Position numbers and translations under genes: made by a program. A stretch of DNA of 64,000 nt from Octopus vulgaris (lineage: Eukaryota), in contig OX597821.1 of assembly GCA_951406725.2 (NCBI GenBank), forward strand, positions 8,742,001 to 8,806,000, in the 5' to 3' direction. How positions within the stretch are numbered: position 1 is the first letter of the stretch; every line of letters starts with the position of its first letter. This document shows, in pieces, positions 54,076-64,000 of the stretch. The notes beneath the pieces were generated by a model, which had not been told where the DNA came from, made no database searches, and saw only the letters and a program-made list of their open reading frames with translations.

Positions 54076-54570
54076 GAATGAGTGAGCCCAGTACACCCAT
54101 CATGGCTATAAGGGTACACCAGGCACATGCATCACAACCATATGTGCGTGACATAATGATCTCATATCAAGATAAACAACGCATGAGCTGCAGATGGGGC
54201 CCAGTTAGAATTTTCTTCAGGTCGAGTATCCCATGCCGCTCAAAAGGTCCCTGAATAAGGGTTGTTTACGGATGTTGAACAAAACACCCATGTTTCCAAA
54301 GGTGAATTATTCAAACTCCAATGAATTCCTCTCAACACGAGGCTATGGTGTTCTCCCACTACTTCTACTCGTAATCAGAGATGCACATATCGTCAGCCAC
54401 TAAGAGACATGCTCGACTGGTTAAGGTCAAGAAACCTACAAGCAAATCTTTGGTGTTGAGCAGAATATTTGCTGTAGTGCATCGTTTATATCAAAGCAAA
54501 ACAATGTACATGAAAACACTTCCAATCAGTTAAGATCAGAAGCCATAAGAACCACTACTTGGTACGGAGA
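54076..54570 (-). mobile_element. Interspersed repeat family C, copy 3
   Basis: Homologous to 4593-5100 and 13159-13634; preceded by (TCT)n. Confidence 0.8.
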
Positions 54571-54688
54571 CATATACAGGTTGTTGCTGGGGGTATCATT
54601 AATGTTCCAGATGTTTATTTCTTGTGAAATATAATATGTCATTTTCATATCTCGAAGTCTTTGCGGAGACTACTTGCACTGTGAAGTA

Positions 54689-55936
54689 CTAGGGTAAGTC
54701 AATAGTTATCCGCACTTTCGCCGACACTTTCCTTAGGTCAACTGTAGTATTTTCAGCTCTTGCTAAAATAAAGTACATATGTGGTTATATAACCGAAGTT
54801 TAACTTTCATCACTCCAGTAATCTTTCTTGTGTTACGGAATAAACATAGCCGCTCCGCTGTCAGTATGCGCCAAGGAAGAACAGAAATGAGTGGTCCAAT
54901 TTTTCTTGTGTCAGCGGCTGAAAATCATCCCAGGCTTTTGATACAATACAGGGGAAATGCTTTGCTGCAAGACTGTGTGTCTGAGTTAGTCAAAAAGTTT
55001 AAAACTGGCCAGACAAGCTTGGCGTACGTATAAGGAGAAGGATGTTCATAAACCTCCACTATTGATGTGAAGATTCACAAAGCTCAAAAGATGGTTCTGG
55101 CACCAACGTGTGACCATCGATGAGGTGACAATTTATTTGCGAATTAGATATGGTTCTGCATACAAAATCATCCATTCCGTAAAGTTTGTACGGGAAGTGG
55201 GGCAAGAGAGCAATCGTGTGGATTTGTCAACGATTACTCGACCGCTACAACAATGAAGGTGAAACTTTTGTGGAGAGAATAGTCAGAAAAGAGGTGATCT
55301 AGGTCCATCTCTTTGATCCAGAATTCTAAAGCCAGAATATGGAGTGAAAACACCCAGAATCGCCAATGAAAAAGAAATTAAAGACTCAACTTCCGCAAAG
55401 AAGCTGATCCTAACCGTTTTTAGGGGACGTAAAAGGGTCTATACTGGACTATTACCGCGGAAAGGGGTCTACAGTTACCAGTGTATGTTACAGTAAAATG
55501 CTGGCCAACAAACTACAGCCAATAATTCCAACCAAACGTGAAGATCTGTTGTCAAATCAAGTGTTATTGTTGCACATCAGTGCACGCCCATATCTGGCTG
55601 CCCTCACCGTTGAAATTATGGACAAATTGGATTTGGAGTTGCTGTAATAACCTGCATATAGTATATATCTCGTCACTTCCACCTGTCACCTTTTAGGACC
55701 ACTTAAACATCCTTGACGATGATGTCGATTTGCTACAGACAAAGAAGTACAGAAAGTAGTGCTTAAATGTCTGTCTGACCAGCCGAAAACCTTCTTCGAT
55801 GGAATAAGAAAGCTTGTAGTGCTGGATGAAGTGCACCGAAAAGCAAGAAGACCATGTCGAAATATTATGTAATTGTTCAACCTCTTCTTTTGTTTTACTA
55901 AATTACAGAAATTAAAATTTGTGTAACTTACCATCG
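54689..55936 (+). mobile_element. Decayed mariner transposon (about 1.25 kb, irritans-like) with transposase pseudogene at about 54860-55870
   Basis: TA|CTAGGGTAAGTC ... AACTTACCATCG|TA TIR remnants; translation ELVKKFKTGQTSL, VHLFDPE..SQNME*KHPESP, LLLHISARP, PAYS..L...HLLGPLK, FFDGIRKLV. Confidence 0.88.
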
Positions 55937-55959
55937 TAAAACTCTTATCTGGATGTGCT

Positions 55960-56720
55960 TTATTTTCATTTTTATGCGTATATTTTCGAACCACTTTTCT
56001 ATTTCTTACCTTGCTGTACCTCGGCACCAACTGTTTCTGGCAATATATACGCCTTTTCAATTACCCTAACATTTTATTTCTTTCTTCATAACTTCATATT
56101 TCATGAGATTTTCTCCTTTATCTGCGATTCTACACTCCTCAGAGTATGCACTGTCTATGATCAAGCACCAATTTTCTCCCTTATCTATCAGCACAATATC
56201 AGGTTCCTGATATTCGATTCCATGACCACATTGCATCATGAAGTCCCATCTATCATTTTCTACGATTCTCAAGCTACTTTCATGCCTTTTTAAATTCAAA
56301 CTTATTACATAGTTTACAGCGAACTATAGTTACGGAATTCATATACCCTTTCTAGTATTCTCCCTTGAGCCAATTTGCTGCATATCACAATTCTTTCCAG
56401 TTTTGATGTTCTGGGTTATCTATACTCTATCTCAACTCCTTCACACAGCTTAGTGATGCAACATTTCCTTAAACGCATACGTTGTTTCAAGTAAAATCGC
56501 CAACTGTATACTTCCAAAGATGCCTGGAAGTTCCAATTTCTGATGCCAGGGTTTTGTGTTCTTTGAGATGGCTTCGAAGGCACCAATTATGATATCGTTC
56601 AACTCACTTTTGTTGCTTTAGGAATACGCACCGCTTCAAACAGCAGATCTTGATACTTTCCAGTTTTCTTTTTCTGTCTTCACAGTATCGCTATGTTAAT
56701 GAAGACCCATTCTTTGCTCT
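55960..56720 (-). pseudogene. RLE-clade LINE 3' fragment
   Basis: ORF 56066-56299 ENDRWDFMMQCGHGIEYQEPDIVLIDKGENWCLIIDSAYSEECRIADK..KYE = WD...PD..D RLE motif. Confidence 0.75.
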
Positions 56721-58125
56721 CTTACCGAAGGAGAATGATATATAGTCGATTATATTGCCGATTATATTGTAGGTTGTAATATCCCATGTAAGATTCAATT
56801 GAGCATTCTATCCAAAATTTCTTTGTTCAAAAGAATGCAATAAATATTTGTGTTTTTACAGCGGGAGTGAGAGAACAAGGCTATTGAACAGAAAAATTAG
56901 TAAAAGAAATCCTCATCTTCATCTTCTCCCCTCCTCTTTCTCCTCCTCCAATGAGGAAACAGGTTTTTTCAATATGATTTTTCACCACAATATCTGATCT
57001 AACATAACTAAAGTTGTCCCGGACTAATGAACCTAACACGGATTTAGTTTGTATTTATAAATTCAGAAAACGACATATTTCCTGATGTGTGCTGGTATCT
57101 GTGAACCTATTATAACTCGTATATGCACGGTGAACATATGCATATGACCCCGTGATATGCACGGAAAATCAGAACGAGGACACCCATATTCATTCTTAAT
57201 TCGTTACAGCAGACTCGAGCGTGAATATGCTAATCCTCTGTTGTATTTCGTCACTAACACAGCAATTTCGAAACACTTGGTGTCCCAACATCCCCTTACC
57301 CTAATTTACCCATTAGAGTAAAGAGTTGTTCTTTAATGACAGTGTACAATGGCGATTGCAATATTCGCGTTCGAAGACGCCGGAACGTATGAAAAATGAA
57401 TATGTATGTCATCTTTATTATCCCCGCTGTCGACCGTGCATACGGCACTTTATTTATACGTTCATTTTACAATTATTATTCAAGCGTTTTAGAAAGATAT
57501 TTAAATTTTACTTTTTTGGAAACAAAATTTAATTAGATTCTTTCTTTATTTTATGACAAATTTATATACTGTTTCAGCGTATTTTGATATTTTATTTATC
57601 TTTGAATTATATTATAAATTATAGAGTTTATTAAATCAGACCTTAGCTTACAAATTAATTTGCAATATTTAGATTTAAATACTTAGACATACTGACTAAA
57701 TCTAATTTTAAATAATATATTCCTTTAAGCATTTTCTAATTTCACGTGTAGCCAGCTTAAAACTTTTCTACTTCATGCAGATGTTTGCTAGTTGTCTAGT
57801 GGCAAAGTTCAAAAGCAAATTTCATAGGAGTCAACAATGAAATGCATTTCTTTTTCCTTAGAAGAATGATTTATGCATTTTTAAATTTATTCTGCAACTC
57901 AAATATATTTAGTCAATGATAATCAAAAAAATACTATTTAAAAAGAAGCGTCTTTACTCCCACTATTCACGGTAAATGTAATACGTTAACGATAAATATT
58001 CTTTTAATATAACCTTTTGTATAAAATGTTGGATAGTTTAAAGAATAATCAGTATACAGTTGTCCAGTTTTAAGTCGGTGGTGGTAGATAATTTTATGTG
58101 AACTTCATGCCTATTTATATAAGAA

Positions 58126-58169
<44 letters not shown>

Positions 58170-58170
<1 letters not shown>

Positions 58171-58333
58171 GCGCAGGAGTGGGTGTGTGATAAGAAGATT
58201 GCTTCCCAATCACATGGTTCCGAGTTCAGTCCCACTGCGTAGCACCTTGGGCAAGTGTCTCCTACTATAGCCTCGGACCGAGCAAAGACTTGTGAGTGGA
58301 CTTGGTAGACAGAAACTGAAAGAAGTCCACCGT
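58170..58333 (+). mobile_element. SINE family A, 5' half
   Basis: GGCGCAGGAGTGGGTGTGTG...GAGTTCAGTCCCACTGCGTAGCACCTTGGGCAAGTGTC...AAACTGAAAGAAG. Confidence 0.88.
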
Positions 58334-58464
58334 ATATATATATATATAAATATATACATCTGCTATACATATATATATACATTTACTATCATTCGCAGCC
58401 TTTATTACTCTTTAATTATTTTCCTTCTTACTTCTCCCCATCTTCCTTCATCAATTGTTGTTGT

Positions 58465-58495
58465 CCTTCTTCTTCTTCTTCTGTTGCTGCTGCTG

Positions 58496-58575
<80 letters not shown>

Positions 58576-58578
58576 ACA

Positions 58579-58661
<83 letters not shown>

Positions 58662-58662
58662 C
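58465..58662. repeat. (TTC)n(CTG)n(CTA)n microsatellite
   Basis: Direct inspection. Confidence 0.95.
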
Positions 58663-59010
58663 AATTCTCTGTATCGTCATGCTCATCTTATTCTGTTACG
58701 TCTTCAATCTCCCCACAAACTCTTTTTGCCCCTCCGGCTATCCGTACAAAAATTTCTTTATACGCCTACGATTCAGTTACTTTGATCCACCCACAATAAC
58801 TAAAAATCTATTTAAGGCTTGAAAAATCAAAACTGCTTTCCATTTTAACGGCCGAAACTATGCATAATAAACATTACTGCATGTGTATTTATGTGATAAG
58901 ATAAGTACCAGCTGAACACTGGGGGTGGTGTATTCGATTTACGCACTCCCCGAAAATTGCAAGCTTTGTGCCAAAAATTTAGAATCAATATATATGTGTG
59001 TGTGTATGTG

Positions 59011-59057
<47 letters not shown>

Positions 59058-59736
59058 ATGTGTGTGTGTCTGTGTGTCTCTGTGTGTGTGGAGGAGTTGT
59101 ATCACAGTAACTACCACCAAGTCGCGTGACTGATTCAAAATTTTTGACTATCAGGGTTAACACCACTCAATGAAATACAATATAATAAAGTAATATTGAA
59201 GATTGAAAAAAGCTCTTGACTGATATTTCTAGCATGAAATGGCTACTGAGACAACCTCGTTCGTTTTCTCTGCCGCAGATGAATTATTGTTGCCCAGAAA
59301 AAACAGACTTTTTTTTTACATTTCTTCATATCAAAGAGCGATAATGTATAGTTGCTAGGTTCTAATGGCGAAGTTATCAGTATTAGAGTAGCATCGATTC
59401 CTAGAATTTATATTTCATAGGATTAACGAACGATATGCAAACTAGTTCTATTGATCCCAGGGATTAGTGAAAACAAAATTAGCCGATCCTTAAACTTTAA
59501 ACGATATTATCGATTTTGGTGAAATTGTAGCAGTAGTAAACGACTGCTATTGAAAGGCAGATCTCATTTACCGACTTCATGGAGCACTCAACTCTCAACA
59601 TAATATATTACGTTCTTTCATTGGCACAATAATTTATATTCATGATAAAGGAATATAACGTCAGTGAATTAAAAGAGTCGTTAGAACATCAGACAAAAGG
59701 CCTTGAGTTATTTCTGCTGGTATTTATGTTCAAATT

Positions 59737-60125
59737 GTGGAGGCGCAATGGCTCAGTGGTTAGGGCAGCGGACTCGCGGTCGTAGGATCGCGGTTTCGAT
59801 TCCCAGACCGGGCGTTGTGAGTGTTTATTGAGCGAAAACACCTAAAGCTCCACGAGGTTCCAGCAGGGGATGGTGGTGATCCCTGCTGTACTCTTTTACC
59901 GCAACTTTCTCTCACTCTTACTTCCTGTTTCTGTTGTACCTGTATTTCAAAGGGCCAGCCTTGTCACTCTCTGTGTCACGCTGAATATCCCCGAGAACTA
60001 CGTTAAGGGTGCGCGTGTCTGTGGAGTGCTCAGCCACTTACACGTTAATTTCACGAGCAGGCTGTTCCGTTGATCGGATCAACCGGAACCCTCGTCGTCG
60101 TAAGCGACGGAGTGCTTCCCCATCC
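59737..60125 (+). mobile_element. tRNA-derived SINE family D, full length, nested in an old family B copy
   Basis: A box TGGCTCAGTGG, B box GTTTCGATTCC, about 390-bp body; TSD ATGTTCAAATT (59726-59736) / ATGTTCGAATT (60126-60136). Confidence 0.88.
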
Positions 60126-60283
60126 ATGTTCGAATTTAAATATCGCTGAGATTAATTTTACCGTCGTAGTTTTGAGCTCGATGAAATAAAATACCAGTCA
60201 TGTGTTGGTGTCAATGTAATCAGGTAAAGCTTTTCCCTCCAATCTAAGTTTTATTATCATAAGAATTATTATCATAAAAATTG

Positions 60284-60455
60284 TGGTATTTCATCTGTCT
60301 CTACGTTCTGAGTTCAAATTCCGCCGGTGTCGACTCTGCCTTTCATCCTTTCGAGGTCGCTAAAATAAGAGACAGATGAATGCTGGGATCGATGAAATCG
60401 ACTATTCCCCGCCCCCAAATTTCAAGCCTTGTGCTTTTACTAGAAAGGATTATTA
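60284..60455 (+). mobile_element. SINE family B (older variant), 5'-truncated
   Basis: GGTATTTCATCTGTC..ACGTTCTGAGTTCAAATTCCGCC..GTCGACTCTGCCTTTCATCC...GCCTTGTGCTTTTACTAGAAAGGATTATT. Confidence 0.85.
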
Positions 60456-60759
60456 TAAAATTGTGTGGATAATCAACTGAGTGGTGTTCGTATATTCCAC
60501 AAATCATTAGTGCTATAATTGAAAGGATAAGCTTATATAAGTCAAGCCAAAAATGGAAATCGAGCAGCAAACGTAGTCGCCTAAAAGCTTCCATTTGCAT
60601 TGCTCAACATGTTGGTCTCTTTGGACATCACATATTCATGGGAAGAAGGAATAGAGGCGGTGATAGGTGATATAGATAAATTTCCTAACATTGGAAATAG
60701 AAAAAAGAAAAAGTGTCGGACACAAACTGTCTCAGTATCGATTTGCGTTAAGCATCTTG

Positions 60760-61620
60760 TGAGTTAAACATAACCTTGTCCCAAGTTGTAATAAACTTAT
60801 TGTGAAATCATCTTCATTGGATTCATTGTTTCGTGTGTTTCTGTCTTAGATTTCCGTTAATGTGCTTGTCTTAAATTAGTCAAGTTCAATGTGACATTGT
60901 TGACATTATTTCGCTTTAATCTTAAATTTCTTGATTTGTCACGGGATTGCGTGCCTGAGTCAGGCTGAATTAGATCTAAGTTTCCTTTAATTCTCATGTG
61001 ATCTTACTCTAAATTTGCCATGAGCTTGCGGTGCATTTGCTGTGAGCCTGCATTTGTTTGCTCTACACTTGTCGTGAGCTCGCTATAGGCTAGTTACGAA
61101 ATTGCTATGAGCATGGTATGAGGTTGTTCTGTGTTTGAGACCAGGTTGCTATGAAATTGATACAGACTTATGATGAACTTGGCATCAATTTCTCAAGAGA
61201 ATGTTATGAGTTGTGTGCTTGTTTTAACCTGGCCGTGACTGTGGCATGAGCTTACACTGGACTTGTGAACTTGATTTGAGTGAGTTTACAGTAAACTTGC
61301 TGCGAACGTGCTGTAAGTCTGCAATGTGCTTGTCATGAGTTTCCTATGAGCTTTATTACACTTCACCATGTGTTTTCTAAGAGCTTGTTGTGAGTCTACT
61401 GCAAGTTTTGCGTGAACTTATCGGGAGTTTGCTTTGAGATTGCAATGATCTTGATATGAATACGTAGTAAACTTATTAAAAGAGACTACCATGATTTTTA
61501 CAATCGTTCACCGTTTGAGCTTGTAAATTTACTTTATTCTGAGTTTGCTTCTAGTCTACTTATGAGCTTCCAGTCAGCCTACTGTGTTATTACTACACAT
61601 GCTTTACCAAGGATTTGATA
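60760..61620. repeat. Highly diverged 11-bp-period minisatellite, consensus about GCYATGAGCTT
   Basis: In-register units such as gctctacactt|gtcgtgagctc|gctataggcta|gttacgaaatt|gctatgagcat|ggtatgaggtt|gttctgtgttt|gagaccaggtt|gctatgaaatt|gatacagactt|atgatgaactt. Confidence 0.75.
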
Positions 61621-62121
61621 TTTTCACTTCTACGTAATTGATTTCTCAACGATAAAACTCAAGATAAGCTTATAATTCATGGAAAGAGTTCCAGTATATT
61701 ACCAAAATGTAATTTAACTGATGTGACAAGTTCCTAAAAGAGCCCGATGATGTAACTTGCCATGAAGAGTGAAGAATCTATCGTTTCTGGATCAGGCATT
61801 TCATGAGAAGGATAGATAGAGCGAGAACTAGAGAGAGAGAGGGAAAGAGAGCGAGAGTCGGAAAGAACAAGGAAGAAAGAGAGAAAAATGTGTTAGTGCT
61901 TGCTTTGTCTAATGCAGGTTATCATTGTTTCCCAAGGAAAATAGATTTCACATTATTTTAGTCGATACTGGTGTAATGAAAGGCAAACTGAAATCTGTCT
62001 AGATTTGAACACTTATCTCGGAATAAGTAGGTAAAGTAACGAATATAATAAACATCCGTTCTGTCATTCTACTAACTCATTTATCTCTTCTACTCCCTAT
62101 TCCATACCAAATTATAAAATA

Positions 62122-62158
<37 letters not shown>

Positions 62159-62176
62159 AATATATATGTATATATA

Positions 62177-62239
<63 letters not shown>

Positions 62240-62307
62240 CTATATATATATGTATATATATATATCTATATATATGTATATATATGTAACTATATACATA
62301 TGCATAT

Positions 62308-62348
<41 letters not shown>

Positions 62349-63257
62349 CGTATTTATATACATATATGTATGAGCATACGTATATGAAGATGTATATATG
62401 CATATATATATATATATTTACGTACATATATATGTATATGTGCATGTGTGTGTGTATGTAGGTGTGTGTACATGCATGTGTATATATATATATATTACGT
62501 ATTTGTGTGGGTGCGATTCGCTTTACGAAAGCAAAAGAGAAAGAAAATTTCACAGTGAGGAGTGGAAAGAAGACACACAGACACACAGACAGACAGATAG
62601 ACAGATAAATAGATACACTAATAATTTGGCAATAAAGCAATTCTTTGATTTATGAACAAACGACAGATAAGAATTTAATCTTTGCCAAATCGCTTTTTGG
62701 CGCCACTCACATAATTCACACGCACACATATATCACTTAAAACACGTACTCATACATACTCGTGACACATCCGTGCGCATGCACTTGTATCACATTCCCT
62801 CATGTATACATGCGGACGTACATGAATATGTAAATACATGCGCACATGACCATATAGATGTATTTATTTTACATGCACTGCGCACAGGACATCCACACAT
62901 ATGTATACACAAACTAAAACAAATACAGCTAACCATGTACACACAGACATACACGAGTCCACATTCAGCGCTCACATACTCTTTCAGTCTATCAGGTTTT
63001 TATCAGATAGGCTATTTAAGGCCAAAATCGTAAATTATTGTATTAAGCCCGCCATAATTGCTATCGTTGGATAAACAATCGTAACATACTAAATCTTGTT
63101 GCGCAAAAACATAGGATCACATTATAAATACCACACCCACCCACACACATACGCACAAACTTGCACACATATATGTACGTATATATATATATATACAAAT
63201 ATGTGTGTATATATATATGTGTGTGTGTGTGTGTATATATGTGTATATATATATGCA

Positions 63258-63620
<363 letters not shown>

Positions 63621-63639
63621 CAGGAAGATTGGCATGGAA

Positions 63640-64000
63640 TTACATACCTCGCCAGTGGTAGAAAATTTTGGAACAGTGGAACAGCTGTTTCCCATGCCTT
63701 GTCCTCTCCACTTCTTCGACGCTGGTACCGGTCTTTATCTGTGGTGCCGCTTCACTCTCCTTTTCTTCAACCTCCACGGGTAGTAGAGCACCAGCCATAT
63801 TCCCATTCTCTTGTCTTTCTTTAAATTTCTCAAGTGGTGGCGGAGAATCCTCTCTAATGTGGCCTTTTAGGTCACATTTATAGCGCCGCGGAATCCTCTC
63901 TTCCTTTCTAACTTTCAATGTTGCCTCGCCGACTGTGATGGTCTCGATCATCTTTTCAATGTCTTCTTCGGCAATTTGCACCATCATATCAAGGCTTTGT
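63640..64000 (-). pseudogene. Tx1/L1-like ORF1 (gag-like) remnant with mutated CCHC zinc knuckle
   Basis: ORF 63640-63987 ...TITVGEATLKVRKEERIPRRYKCDLKGHIREDSP = R.P.[C>R]YKCxxxGHxxxx[C>S]P followed by an acidic linker; continues off the right edge. Confidence 0.6.

Noticed and set aside
59740-59815. tRNA gene
   Set aside because: A and B boxes are present but the acceptor stem is not properly closed, and it continues into a 390-bp body with a TSD, so it is a SINE head

Overview
AT-rich eukaryotic DNA dominated by repeats, with no intact protein-coding gene that I can recognise. Nearly all long ORFs in the track are translated microsatellites. The SINE families and the density of (AT)n/(TATG)n/(ATT)n tracts look like an octopus (coleoid cephalopod) genome; this is recognition from memory, not a database result. 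The window holds: three tRNA-derived SINE families (more than 20 copies, several with target-site duplications); a stack of decayed restriction-like-endonuclease (R4/Dong-type) LINE fragments between trinucleotide tracts; an RTE RT remnant; a Tx1/L1-like ORF1 remnant; five decayed Tc1/mariner elements (Tc3-like DD34E, two mariners, maT-like, DD37E/TRT-like); and two non-autonomous Helitrons. The most notable signal is a set of type I hammerhead-ribozyme motifs in short Penelope-like islands within (TA)n tracts, two of them inside fold-back hairpins (about 228-bp and about 55-60-bp arms). Also of note are an apparent GGT junction preference and self-concatenation of one SINE family, a cryptic 11-bp-period array near 61 kb, and splice signals at 0.5-2.2 kb that suggest the 5' end of a minus-strand host gene running off the left edge. 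Many element boundaries are approximate.
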